DNA of 64,000 nt from Eledone cirrhosa (lineage: Eukaryota). The notes beneath the pieces were generated by a model. It was not told where the DNA came from. It made no database searches and was given only the letters and a program-made list of their open reading frames with translations. The position numbers were made by a program, and so were the translations under genes. The DNA is taken from positions 58,280,001 to 58,344,000 of the forward strand of contig OZ024742.1 in NCBI GenBank assembly GCA_964016885.1, written 5' to 3'. Shown in pieces: positions 1 through 12,827 of this stretch; the stretch's first letter is position 1, and each line of letters begins with the position of its first letter.

Positions 1-639
1 ATCCTGGAAAAAATCAAGTCTTTACCTAAACTGTAAGAAACATAAATTGTGCAACAATAAAGGATGGAATATCTTAAGACACCTGCATACTACAAAAACA
101 TGCCTTAATATGAGGGCCGATTTTTTTTAAACTGCTGAAATACATCCTACATAATTAGAAGAGCTCTGGATAACATCTAAACAGCCATACTCCACAACCT
201 TACACAATCCGAGCGTATCCCCATCCCTCATTATAAAATTTTGCCATCTACATCTAACCCCACCCCCCACCCCACTATCTCACACCCAAGAAACCTTTTA
301 GATAAACAACCACTATATCTTTCCAGCCCACATAATACATTCCCCAACCCTAAACAGGAGTAATTTTCTATTTGGTACAAGTCTAAGAAAAAGTTCTGTC
401 AACTGAACCCCCCAAGTTTTCACTTCACCCCTTCCGTAAGAACACTTTAGTGGGACTAATGCCAGCAGCATCCATTTCAAAGATGTTGGACTGATGAGCT
501 GCAAAGATTACATATTTGTCAGATGAAAATGTGAATAATTTTGTGTATTTTTTTTTTTTTTTAGCAAAAGACTCCTAGTCTTCATTAAGTCATCTCTAAG
601 AGGTAACTGATAAAAAAAAAAAAAAAAAAAAAAATTTTA

Positions 640-915
640 AAAACCTGCAACTTCGTTTGCATCCAATATTGTTGACAAGTTCTACTTTTTGGGCAAATGC
701 ATTCGATGTTCAGAGAGTGGGATTGGCCTCGTGCAAAGCCTTTCCTCACTTAAAAAAGCTTCAAGTACAGGCATCGCATGATATGTGACATATTTGTGGT
801 GCATGGCATTGCTTTCCATAGGCAAGTCCCTAGCAGGACTAAAATGCCATGTCCATGATGTTCATGCTTAAGTATCAAGCGATGGCATTACTCGAAATCA
901 AGTTGAAACCATCAT
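640..915 (+). mobile_element. Degenerate copy of the RTE-tailed non-autonomous element (family of 34119-34725), just downstream of the POLH stop
   Basis: Shares gagagtgggattggc..gtgca..gcctttcctcact and a ...gttgaaaccatcatgtatg tail with the 34k/37k/55k copies. Confidence 0.55.
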
Positions 916-1165
916 GTATGTATGTATATGCATACACACACACTGTATCAGCTCATGTGTATGTCACCCAATTTTACATATATCTGCAATGTACCATACA
1001 ATTAAAATGAGGTTTTGTATGTCAAATACATACTGGTTTTTAATATATTTTTGTGGTAAAATATGAGTGCTGCCTATGAGTAAATCAGAAGTTATTACAA
1101 TTTTTAAAAAATCAAAAACAAAATTAAAAGAATTCAACAAATAAATAAAATCGCAATATTTACAA

Positions 1166-2378
1166 TTATTTCTGTTTAAAAAAAACTTCTAACTTTTTCA
1201 TGTGTGGGTTGGCTTTCAGCTTTTTCCCTTTACTCATATTTTGGGTTTTCCGCTTTTTCACTGAAATCTCTGAAGTCGAGGTCCTGTGGATCATCTCTCT
1301 GTTAACAGTTCCCTGTAATTCTTGAGCAAAATGGTAATCGTGATGTTCCTGCAGGTCCCAGACAAGGACTGACTTTCCGCAGTCTTCGCACTCAATATAA
1401 TCTAATTTGTCTCTCTCAGAATGCAATGCAGAATCGGTTGAATGGCATGAATCAACTGAATCTTCCTTAAAGAAATGGTGTTGCTGGAGGTCATCGAACG
1501 GCAGCTTTTGAGAAAGGCTGCTGTTCAGTTTTTCCTGGTTGGGCAAAAATACATTATCTCTGAAACCACCAGCAGGATAATTCACATCATCATCATCATC
1601 ACTAGCTATATAAATTACTGATGCTTCCTGCTTGGTAACATCACAATTATCAGGAGAATTCACACCAACATCATTCACAAATTCAGAAGAATCACATGAT
1701 TTTAACAGAGAATTATTATAATCAGAAGAATCTGCTTTGGAAGAATTTGAAGAGTTGTCAAAACCTAACATTTTGGCTTCAGAATGGAGTAATTTTTCTT
1801 CAATAGATCTAGCAGGTTTTTTTACTGGCAAAGCTTTCAATTTTTGGACCTCGTTTTGTTTCATTGCAAAGAAACTAGGTTTGCTCTCAGCCTTATCTTC
1901 CCCAGAATCTCTGACAACATTAAGGAAAGAACTTTTAGTTTTTATAGCATTGTTAGAAAATTCACAAATAGAATTAGCTAAAACATTTTGGGAAAAGAAC
2001 CCTTCAATTGTTTTTTTGTTAAGTTTTTTAGCATTATTATTATTATCAGGATACTTTGAGATGGTGTTTGAACAATTTATTTGATTCTCACTTGAAGTTA
2101 ATGATTGATGGATATGTGAATGTTCAATGTTCTTTAAATATGACGTTAAAGTGTTGCTCTGCAATTTAGAAGACTTCTTCGTAGATTTCAAATTGGATGT
2201 CACAATCTTATGGGTGAAGTCATCAGCTGGACTAACATTGGTCTGTTTGTTGTGTGAGCTAACGTGGATGTTGTTGCTTATTTGTCTTTTAATGAGAGTA
2301 GAGATACTGCCAGTCTGAACTGTAGGAATATCAACAAATTTTCCCACTGAAATACTTAGCATCAGAATTGGAGGGGAC
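1166..2378 (-). CDS. POLH: DNA polymerase eta, coding exon 10 (end of little finger, disordered tail, UBZ finger, NLS, PIP box, stop)
   Basis: Acceptor tgttgtcag|G at 2378. Reads (W)SPPILMLSISVGKF...IECEDCGKSVLVWDLQEHHDYHFAQELQ (UBZ)...KKRK...MKKLEVFFKQK* (PIP-like). All 10 exons sum to 2439 nt = 812 aa + stop. Confidence 0.95.
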
Positions 2379-3522
2379 CTGACAACAGAAAGAAAAAAAC
2401 AAATAATAGGAAATTAAATTGAAAAGATGAAAATTAGTTTCTATTTAATCGTTTTGATACCAATCCACCTGAAATCAGGCCCGATTTATGACAAACTGCT
2501 CATTACAAAGTGTTCATATTTATATTAAAAACTTCCATTATAACATTTTAAAAGAAATTTATCTTAAATATTATTTTAATAAATTTCTCCAATTTTTTTT
2601 TTTATTATTCTCAAATGATCTGAAACATAGCTAGTGTATTTCATGAGAAATACAGAAAGAAAAGAGTTAACAGTAGACATTCCATTGTTTCCAAAGGGGA
2701 AAGTATATGCAGAGAGCTGGAGATGAAGACAACAATGGTGGTGATGGTGAAGGTAATGATGGCTGTCCCATGCCGGCATCTGCTGGATAAGACAATATTC
2801 TATGGCTGGAGGCCCTTTCTAGTGACAACCATTAACTTTTTTTGTTTTTGTTTCTTTTTAAATGTAAAAAGTACTTGTTCCAATGACCTTACTGAGGTTT
2901 GATTCAGTTAACTATGTCACTCAACTACACACTGCATTGGGTCAGCACTTTAGATCCATTTTTTTTTTTATGGCACAGGTTGGACAAAACTTTTCAAACA
3001 TTCTACAGCCAAATAGCCCTTCCTGATGCCAACTCTTACTTTCTGAGTAAGATATGGCTCTCCACTCATTCGATCACTGAGTCTTGAAACTTCTGTTTTT
3101 GTAGGATATAAAGACACATCACCAATGACATTAGTGATACCAAATGTAAAGTAAAAACATACATGTGGTTCCTGAACACAACCCAACAGGGAAAACAGCC
3201 ATAAAATGGTGCTGATGATACACAGTGGGTGTTCATCAGCCTGGGGTTATGGTAAGACATATATCTAAGGTGTCACACACTGGGATTGAACAAAGCAACA
3301 AGGATAGTGAGCAAAATTTTTAACCACACAGCCATGCCTATTACCAATGTAAGAAATTAACATTAACCCTTTTGATATCAAACTGCCTCTGACTCTATGA
3401 TATAAAATTGTTTGTTTTATATAAGAACATTTTAGTGATACAAACTCCATCTTAACAAAATTGAAATTTTAATAGATCCTTTTAAAATTTTCATGTATTA
3501 ATTAAAAATTATTCCATTAGAT

Positions 3523-6500
3523 ATCATCATCATCATTTTACGTCCGTTCTTCCACGCTAGCATGGGTTAGACGGGTTGTCCTGTTGTGGGCAGTGTCTGG
3601 TTGGCTGACCATGCCTTGCTCATACAGGAACTGATTTGGCTTGATTTCTACAGCTGGATGCCCTTCCTAACACCAACCTCATTTACAGTGAGTGCTGGGT
3701 GCTTTTTCGTGGCGCCTACACATCCACTTTACAGTGTGGGCTGGGTGCTTTTTTGCCGTGGCTACTTCCACGACCACCTTGCAGTGAGAGGGTGTGGGGG
3801 CATATTGTCTATATGCTTCAGCTTGTACCCATGGGAGGTCGGGTACTCTGTATTACTGCATCACGGTCGTATGTCATCGCCTTTGAGAGGTGTAATTGGG
3901 TAAGGTCGGCTTTTATCACCTCATCCCAGGTCATCTTCGGTCTCCCCACTCCGCGGTTTCCATCGACTTCTAGTGCTCTGCACCTTTTTATGCAGCTGTC
4001 ATCCTTCATACGCATCACATGTCCATACCAACGCAACTGCCTCTCCTGCACACAGCATTTGATTCCTCTTATGCTCAGTCTCTCTCTCAATTCATTTATG
4101 CTTTGTCGTTCACGTATATTACTGTTACACATCCATCGGAGCATGCAGGCTTCGTTTCTCTCTAATCTACGTGAGTCTTCTACCTTCAGCGCCCAGGTCT
4201 CACTACCATTTAACATTGCTGTTCGGATACACGCATCAGTCTGCCTTTCATTTTGAGGGAGAAGCCTTTTGCAGCTAGCAGTGGTAGTAGTTCCTTAAAC
4301 TTCTTCCATCCCGTTCTTACCCTAGTTATTGTACTTTCTGAACACCCACCTCCGCTGCTAATTCGGTCACCTAGGTAGCAGAGGCTGTCTACTGTCTCTA
4401 CAGAGCCCTCCCAGAGATTGGTGGTACTTGTTTCCTGTGGCTGTTTGCTGCTTGCTGTCCCAGTAAAGCTGCTGCATTGAAGCCTACATTCTTAATTAAG
4501 CTTCCTGAGATCCCGCTACATCTCTTGTGTACCCATTGTTTGCATTTGGGGCAGAGAATGGAGTTCCTACCTACACCTTTCCTACATACTGAGCAAGGCC
4601 ATTTCTCTGAGGGGATCTGGGTTCTGTTTTCTCGTCTACTTACAAGGACCTTAGTCTTTGTCATGTTGACTTTGAGACCCTTTCTTTCTAGTCTCTGCTT
4701 CCAAGTTTGGAATTTCTTCTCTAGTTCTACCATAGATTCAGCTATAAGTGTGAGGTCATCAGCATACAGGAGTTCCCATGGTCATCCGGTCTTAAACTTC
4801 TCCGTTATTACCTGCAGGACTATGATGAACAGGAGAGGGCTAAGAACAGAGCCCTGGTGGACCCCAACCTGTACGCTAAATTCCTCGCTATACTCATTGC
4901 TAATCCTAACTTTGCTGACTGCTCCCCTATACATGGCTTGTACAGCTTTCACAAGCCATTCATCTACTCCTAGTTTTCTAAGAGCCCACCAGATTGCAGC
5001 ACGTGGAACTCTGTCAAAGGCTTTCTCGAGATCGACGAATGACAGGTAGAGTGGCTTACTTTTAGCTAGGTACTTTTCCTGTAACTGCCTCACAAGGAAG
5101 AGGGCATCAGTGGTGCCTCTTCCTGGTACAAACCCAAATTGCATCTCATCTAGTTTCACCCGGTCCCTAATCAACTGTGCTATAACTCTTTCTGTTATTT
5201 TCATGACCTGTTCCATCAGCTTTATACCTCTATAGTTTCCTCTATCGAGTGCATCACCTTTACGTTTGTAGCAGTTGAAATGATGCTACTGCACTAATCT
5301 TTTGGTATGACACCTAGTATTACCTGGTTAACAATGCATGTGGTTATAGTGTGACCTACAGACCCAGATGCCTTCAGCATCTCGGCAGCTATACCCGATG
5401 GACCGGTTGCCTTCCCCATCTTCATATCTTTGATTGCCTTACTTACTACGCTGCTGCTGACTTGTACTGCTGGCCCCTCTATAGGGCCTACTTGGGGTAG
5501 GGTCTCTTCTTCCCATGCATTCTCCTCATTTAGTCATCTATCATAATGACTCTTCCATGCATCTTTCTTCTCAGCACTTGTGAGGGCAAGCTCACCTTTA
5601 TCATTCCGGATACACTTCTCTCCAATGACATCACAATTCTCTCTGACACACTGCCTCGTAATCTTGAATACATCCTGTTTCTGGTCCTCACGTTGCAAAA
5701 ACATGCTTGCATTTTCTATCCTCTGCTTCCCTCCTACCTAAGTATACTTGTCGCCTAGCTTCCCTCTTGGTCTCTATGTAATGTACCCTGCTCCCCCCGT
5801 TCTTCCATTCTTTCCATGCCTGTCTCTTGGCCTTAACTGCTTCATCTACCTTATTGTTCCACCACTAAGTCACTCTCCTCCTGCTTGTGGTCTTACTCCA
5901 GCCACAGACCTCATCTGTCGCCTCTAGTAAGTTATTTTTTAGGAACTCCCAGTGCTCTTCTACATTGAATGTCTATCTGTTCTTCTTTACTTTCGTAGGC
6001 GTTGAGTAAAATATCTTTAAATCTGTTACTGGCTGAGGGGTCTTTCAGCTTCCAGATCTTTCTTCTCCAGGTTGGCCTGTTTCCAGGTTCGTCTAGTTCT
6101 GACTGTGAGGTCGCTGACAACTAAGCTATGTTGGGAGGTACATTCCTCACTAGGGAAGGTTTTTGTGTTTACGACCGTCCATCTGTCACGTCCTCTGATA
6201 AGGATAAAATCTATCTGACTAGAATGCTCCCCTGATCTATAGGTGATCAGCTGGTTGTCAGGTTTTTTGAAGTTTGTGTTACATATCGACAAGTCATTGG
6301 CGTCGCAAAATTCTAGAAGTCTGAATCCTTCTTCCTTTCTTGTGCCAACCCCATGGCCTCCATGGACTCTATTGAAGCTGTCACAGTGTTTGCTTACGTG
6401 TCCGTTAAAATCTCCTGCGATGATTAGGAAGTCATTGTCGTTTGTTAGAGCAGTACTGTGCATTAGGGACTCGTAAAATCTATCCTTAAGTTCATCTGGC

Positions 6501-7290
6501 AACCCCGATTGGGGTGTGTAAGCTGATATTATTGTGGTAATTGTTTTATTCAGGACTAGTCTGAGTTTAATGATTCTTGCATTTACCCTGTACACTGAGA
6601 TTACTTTATCTACCCACTTGTCAGCTAGTAGTATACCTACACCACCCATCCCATCGTCATTTCCCACCCAGAAAAATTTGTAGCAGTGACTTTTTTCTAC
6701 AAGGACTCTAGCAGACTCTCCTCTCCATCCAGTCTCTTGCACACAGCATACATCAATTTCCTTTCGCTCTAGCATTTCTACGATTTCTCCTGCTCTTCCT
6801 TTCATTGTGCTTACATTGATGGTACTAACTCGGAGTTTTGGGCATTTGTCGACACTCGTAGGGAAGGGTCGATTTTTGCAGGGGTGTGTGTGTGCTTCCT
6901 CTCTCTGGATTGGCGCTTCACATGGGTGCTTGGTAGCTCGCGGATTCATATTCATACCATCTATTAATTCAGAGTTGCTCCAATTTATTCTCAGCTCATC
7001 CATCCATAACGGTAGGAAAATTCAGGTCTAGAAGAACAGTGGTGGTGGTAATAATGGCAGGGTGTGTTGGGCTGGGACGGGGGAGGAGAGAGTTAGGTAG
7101 TAGTAGTAGAAGAAGAAATGGCATGCTGAGGTTTGATTGGTCGAATAAGCTATGGTGGTGTTAGGGGGTGAGTGTGAGGGAAATTGTGAGGTAGAGAGAA
7201 GGTCGCCGTCAAGGCTAACAAACTAACTGATAGAATACAGCATGGAAAAGTAGCCGATAGAATACAGCAACAATAATATTAATAATAGCC
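3523..7290 (-). mobile_element. RTE LINE family A, near full-length, disabled by frameshifts and stops
   Basis: APE ORF 6026-7003, RT fragments (FVDLEKAFDRVP, QGSVLSPLLF, YADD), PHD-like finger, (GAT)n tail at 3523; colinear with the intact copy at 48709. Confidence 0.95.
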
Positions 7291-7387
7291 AGTCATGGCT
7301 GTCTCTGTCTATTTTTACATCAAAGGCTACCTTTGATGGAAAAATAGACAGAGACAGAGTCAGCATGGTAGGGGAAAATGAGGATAA

Positions 7388-8385
7388 TCATCATCATCAT
7401 CGTTTAATGTCCATATTCCACGCTTGCATGGGTTTGGACGGGAGTTTTCCCACTTGAGGCAAGAGTGGTTGTCTTGCTCGCATAGGACTGTCTGGCAGGT
7501 TTTCTACAGCTGGATGCCAATTCCTAACACCAACCACATTTACAGTGTCGAACTGGGAGGTTTTTACCGTGTTACCTACACGGCCACATTACAGCGTGGA
7601 CTGTGTGTTTTTTTGTCGTGACACCTACACGACCTCATTTGTTTTGGACTGGATGTTGTGGTACCAACATAACTTTACATTGAAAGGGGTGGTGTGGATG
7701 GGGTGGGGATAGTGGGACGGGGGTGTATTTTGTTAGAGGTGCCTACTGACTGTAGTAGATTTCACTTTGCACTTAGGTAAGGCGGGACTTCTGTATTACT
7801 GTGTAGCGCCAAAGATCTCGGTCCAGTGACATTGTCTTGGAGAGGTGTAAGTGTGTGAGGTCGGAATTTATCAAGTCGTCCCAGGTTTTTCTGGGTCTGC
7901 CTACTCCGATGCTACCGTCTATTTTTATTGCCCTGCACTTTTTTATACAGCCGTCGTCTTTCATGCGCATCACGTGACCGTACCAACGTAGTCTTCTCTC
8001 GAGTAAACAACATCTGATCCCTCTTATTTCTAATTTCTCCCTTAGTTCGTTTATGCTTTGCCGTTCACGTATATTACTATTACACATCCAGCGGAGCATG
8101 CAAGCTTCGTTTCTCTCCAGTCTGCGTATATCCTCTGCACACAATGCCCAGGTCTCACTGCCATGTAACATTGCTGTTCGTATGCAGGCAGCATACAGCC
8201 TGCCTTTCATTTTTAGAGAGAACCCTTTAGCGGCCAATAGTGGTATAAGCTCCCTGAACTTTTTCCATCCCATTCTGACTCTAGCTACTATACTTTCAGA
8301 GCACCCTCCCCCACTGCTGATTTTATCACCCAGGTAACGGAAGCTGTCCACTATTTCTATAGAACCATCTGTGCAATGGAATGAG
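7388..8385 (-). mobile_element. RTE LINE family B, 5'-truncated
   Basis: C-terminal ORF IVDSFRYLG...RRLRWYGHVMRM...GRPRKTW, family B 3' UTR, (GAT)n tail. Confidence 0.93.
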
Positions 8386-8506
8386 TTAACAAAATAGATA
8401 TATAGTAATGAAAAACTTAATAACAAGGAAGTTCGTTAAATTAGCATATTTTTAAATTTTGAAAATGAGAAATTTAGTCAAGAAACTAACACACATCACT
8501 TCTTAC

Positions 8507-8682
8507 CATGATGCTTGATGTGGAGGACATAAATTGAACTGTTGCAGCAAAGAAAATGCACCAGAAGCAAGCTTTTCAGCATTGTATTGCACAATTGCAG
8601 TTGTACGGCTGCTTGACTGAATTGTCTGAGTAACAGGACTTTGGAAACGAAGACTGGCAATCATTGATGTAGCTGTTCTTTT
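8507..8682 (-). CDS. POLH: POLH coding exon 9
   Basis: tttttag|AAAAGA...TCATG|gtaaga; KRTATSMIASLRFQ...YNAEKLASGAFSLLQQFNLCPPHQASW; 176 nt, phase fits neighbours. Confidence 0.9.
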
Positions 8683-9428
8683 CTAAAAATTGAAGAAAAT
8701 GAAGAAACTTTAAAGTCAAAATGCAGATTCTTTAACTCTTGTCCTGTAATGATTTAGCAGAAAATATCTAAAAGCAAGTTAATTCAAATGTTTATAGTAT
8801 CTTTACTCGTGGAGAGATCATGAAACGTTTTAGTATTAGATTAAATTTTTCTTCTGATACAGTCCACCATAAGGTGGTTGAACATGGAAAGTCTACTGTA
8901 GAATGTCATGGCAGTTTATGTTGGTTATAGATATTGGTCCAGCAGGTGATGATTTGGTCCTAAGGCAGCTTTAGACACTAGAGCTACAAGGCTTTTGTTC
9001 ATTATATGTGTGTCTGCTGATAAGGGGAGTTAGATAAAGTCCCTCGATCTCAGTGTCAGAAATGTCTGTGGCAGAGTTAGTGTTGTCATGTGTGCATTTT
9101 ACTTAAACTTTGAGTTTATTATATCATGTAACATCTTCCATATTGTATGGACCTGTAACTCCTGGTGGAGTGGTAGGGGTGTCAGTGTCTCATGGCATGT
9201 ATTACACATTTTAAACATATTGGAACCCATCTCTTCTCCAGGTTGGCGTAGAGAGAAAGAGAGAAACCCAGTTGTGAATTATTATTAACATTTAAATGAA
9301 CTACTGTACTTGATATTGATGACAGACATGTCTGAATGAATAGATCTATGACAAAATGAAGAGTCAACTGAATGTCTGATGTCCACCAAAAATCTCAAAT
9401 TACCAACTGACTCAAAACACTTGTGGTA

Positions 9429-9623
9429 CAAGGGTCAACTGAAAAGTTTATAGGTTGACTATGAAGGAGTGATGCTAGAGCTGTGAAATCTTGCATGCAT
9501 TAATTTCAATTCTTATTAATAATCCATGGAAATAAACAATGCAGTTATGTTGAAAAATAAACCTCATTTGGTCATTCCATGAGAATATCTTGGTCAGTTT
9601 ATGAACTTTCCAGCTGACTCTTG
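9429..9623. mobile_element. Mariner-derived MITE
   Basis: Imperfect TIRs caagggtcaactgaaaagtttata / tatgaactttccagctgactcttg flanked by TA; interior matches the Mariner 3' end at 33180. Confidence 0.75.
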
Positions 9624-9787
9624 TAGGTAACATTGATTGATTGCCATCATTTTTTGAAGCAGGTTGCAGAAAATTTCCCCCAAAAGTTTCATCCAACCCA
9701 CAACATAGAAAAGTGGATCTAAACTATACTATTAAATTCAAGCATTTTTAGACATATCTGTCAAACAAATTTTAGGGATAAACTTAC

Positions 9788-9853
9788 ATTTTCTTTGTCT
9801 TTAATCAGTCTTTCTTCAACTTCTATAGCCAGTTGTTTTAACCAATATTTCAC
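9788..9853 (-). CDS. POLH: POLH coding exon 8
   Basis: tttcag|GTGAAA...GAAAAT|gtaagt; VKYWLKQLAIEVEERLIKDKEN; 66 nt, phase 0-0. Confidence 0.92.
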
Positions 9854-10222
9854 CTGAAATAAACGCACGATTTAGTACACCACACCATACTTTATATAAT
9901 ATAAACATACAAATGGATAAAGCAGATAAAAGATATATTCAGTGATCTAACAATTCCGCCAATCCATACCCTGAAGTGGTTCTAACAATTCTTAATGCAT
10001 TTGTTACCTATTTCTAATGAAAAACAATGCCTATAATTTTCATATCAGATTTAGTAGTTTGGAACAAAGGTTCTTACATAAAATTATGATGGATGATTTT
10101 TAAATGAACATAAACAATTTAAAATAAAGTTTTGTATCCTAGATCCAGGGGCACTTTCTGATAGTTTATCAAAAACATTAAAGGATCAAAGGTAAAGTTG
10201 TTTATCTGTAAAAACATCTTAC

Positions 10223-10346
10223 CTTTTCTCTAGTGTCTAAAGCTGCTTTACCAAGAAAGTTCTTACTGCATCCAATAGATTTTGGTAACTGTCTCGCTGT
10301 CACTGTTTCATAATCAAACCCTCGACACAAGGAATGAAGCCAAGTC
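10223..10346 (-). CDS. POLH: POLH coding exon 7
   Basis: ttttag|G...GAAAAG|gtaaga; TWLHSLCRGFDYETVTARQLPKSIGCSKNFLGKAALDTREK. Confidence 0.95.
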
Positions 10347-10636
10347 CTAAAATAAACAGGCAAGTTTCTCTTAGATGGCTATGGAATTTAATCCTTTTGT
10401 GACCATATTTCGAACGAGAATATGCTTCCTTTGTGTTTTAACTATTAACATCCTGTAATAATTTAACAGAAAATATATAAAGATGGGCTTGTTTATTTAA
10501 ATGTTTATAGAATCTTTACTAGTGGGAATACTCCCAACCATTCCTTACTGCTTTATTACCATGCAGGTCTATTAGACACGGACTAATTCCTTGACTATTA
10601 CTGCCATACAGGTTTATTTCCTTGATCATTACTTAC

Positions 10637-10756
10637 CCTGTTTTACTGCCATACAGATCTATGAGGTGCTCCATAGAGAACTGCCAAATGTCTGACATCT
10701 TCTCTATTCCATGGACACGTTTCAAGTCATCACCAAATTTGCCACCAAGGTTACGC
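10637..10756 (-). CDS. POLH: POLH coding exon 6
   Basis: tttcag|GCGT...ACAGG|gtaagt; RNLGGKFGDDLKRVHGIEKMSDIWQFSMEHLIDLYGSKTG (thumb HhH). Confidence 0.93.
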
Positions 10757-11876
10757 CTGAAAAACCAGAGTAAAAATGAGACGTGGCTGGCAGGTGAAAG
10801 AGAGGGGAGCAGAGGGAAGAAAGAGAAAGGGGGAGCAAAGGTTGTTGTGTCTTTTACATAGTTGAAGAGTCCTTTCAACCCTTTTCTTTGACAAGTTGTC
10901 ACTGGTTTGATGTCCTTTACAAAGTGTACTGGGTGTTTTATCAAAGCACCAGCACTTCCAATTCATTGATAATAAATTCTAACATAAGTGGCACAGTCAT
11001 AATTCTTTTCAACAGTTGATTATATTAGCCCCAATATTTGACAGGTACTTTACAACCCCTGAAAGATGAAAGGCAAAGTTTAATAATAATGATTTCTAAT
11101 TTAAGCACGACAAAAGTACCTAGTCCACTCTGTAAGGTGATCGAGCTGGTAACATGACAAAAAAAAGCACCTAGTCCATCCTGTTGGTGGTCATGCTGGT
11201 GACACAACAAAAGTGTACCCATTCTATGCTGTTCGATGTTAGGAAAGACATCCAACCACAGAAATCAAGTCAAAATACAGATTTGTATGAGCAAGATATG
11301 GTCATCTGACATGACTTGTGTTATAACATGACAACCTATCTAATCTATGCAAGCATGGAAAATAGACGTACGATGATGCACAAGGCCAGCAAGCAATTTA
11401 TGGGGAGAGGAAAGTCGATTAAATCAACCCCAGTACATGACTGATACTTTATCTTAACTCTGACAGGATAAAATGCAAAGTAACAACTTGGAACAAAATA
11501 ATACAAAATAGTTTTTCCAACACTAACGATTCAACCAATCAAGTCATGTTTATTAGTGGAACCTCAGTTCACAAACTGATTTTTCTGAATATAAAATGTC
11601 TCAGGTGATAGTGTCTCGAGTTAGGAGGCAGATAACAACAGTTGGCAACAAGCTGGGAGAATTGGCAGGAAAGCATCACTTGTAGTGTAGTTAGTTACTA
11701 TGGTGATATCTGTCTTTCACACACAATCTCTCTCTGAATGTATTTCTCGGTCAATATTTTGTATGGTAAAAATAGTTTCAGTTTACAAACATTTCAAGTG
11801 CTGAACAGCCTTCAGGAAGAAATTAAGTTTGTGAACCAAGGTTCCACTGTAATTGAAATGAAAATAAAAGTCTTAC

Positions 11877-11980
11877 ACTTTACTTATTGGAGTTGTTTTG
11901 AAAAGTTCTTCAACTGATGAATGTGGCAGAACAGTCTGTTGATTTGGTTTATGAAGACCAGCAGCCAATTTAGCCAACAT
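11877..11980 (-). CDS. POLH: POLH coding exon 5
   Basis: aatcag|ATGTTG...AAAGT|gtaaga; MLAKLAAGLHKPNQQTVLPHSSVEELFKTTPISKV. Confidence 0.93.
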
Positions 11981-12827
11981 CTGATTAAGATGGAATGAAG
12001 AAAGAAAGAAAAAAAAAATACAAATATTGATTTAGTTTCACCATTAAAAATACCATCACATCACATCAATTCATCATCACCATCATCGTTTTTTTACATT
12101 CCGTTTTCCATGTTGTCCTGGATTAGAGGAGATTTTTTTTTAAACAGTTTTTCTACAGTAAAATGTCCTTCCTGTTGGCAACCCATACCTTATTTTCAAA
12201 TACAGTATATACTGGTAGCATTTACTGAACCACTGTACTGCAAAATGTATTGTTTATGTGGGATATGTCACAATTCTCTTTCAATAGTGATATGAATCAC
12301 TTGCAACACACACACAACAGGTTTCCTTAACACTTTGAACACTAAACCACTCAAACCCACCTGTTTTAAAGTATTTATAATTAAAAACTTTCATCAAATT
12401 TATATTACTAAATCTGTCCTAAATTTTTTTTATCTAGAACCAGTCTTTTGTGGAAAGTAAAGGAAGCAACTATCCTTACACAGAGTACATGGTTCACAAG
12501 TTTGTCACAGAGCAAACCAATGGTCTCAAACCCATCTAAGCCATTATATCCCCAGGGAAGAGACGAACAGTGAGCCAAAAGTGAGATTTACATCAGTTAT
12601 GTTAATCTGCAATACAGTTGATAGGCTATTTATTTTATTTTTTCCTCAAAATGATTACACATGATAGTGAATGGGATATGTGAATTAGTACAAAATGTAG
12701 GGGGACAAATTTTCTGTTTCAAATTTTCCATAATTCCACCTTTTCTTCTGGTAAATTCCCTTTTTTCAATTTTGATAAATTCCATTTTTTTTTTTTTTCA
12801 TTTTATTGTATTTCATGGGTAAATTAA

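Noticed and set aside
486-545. ctgatga...gaaa hammerhead-like motif downstream of POLH
   Set aside because: Stem II needs bulges and no stem I can be formed.
3211-3240. Hairpin gctgatga..tcatcagc containing CUGAUGA
   Set aside because: No GAAA or stem III; a simple short inverted repeat.
11025-11060. VKYW peptide resembling POLH exon 8 (possible alternative exon)
   Set aside because: Only four residues match, a stop follows, and there are no suitable splice sites.
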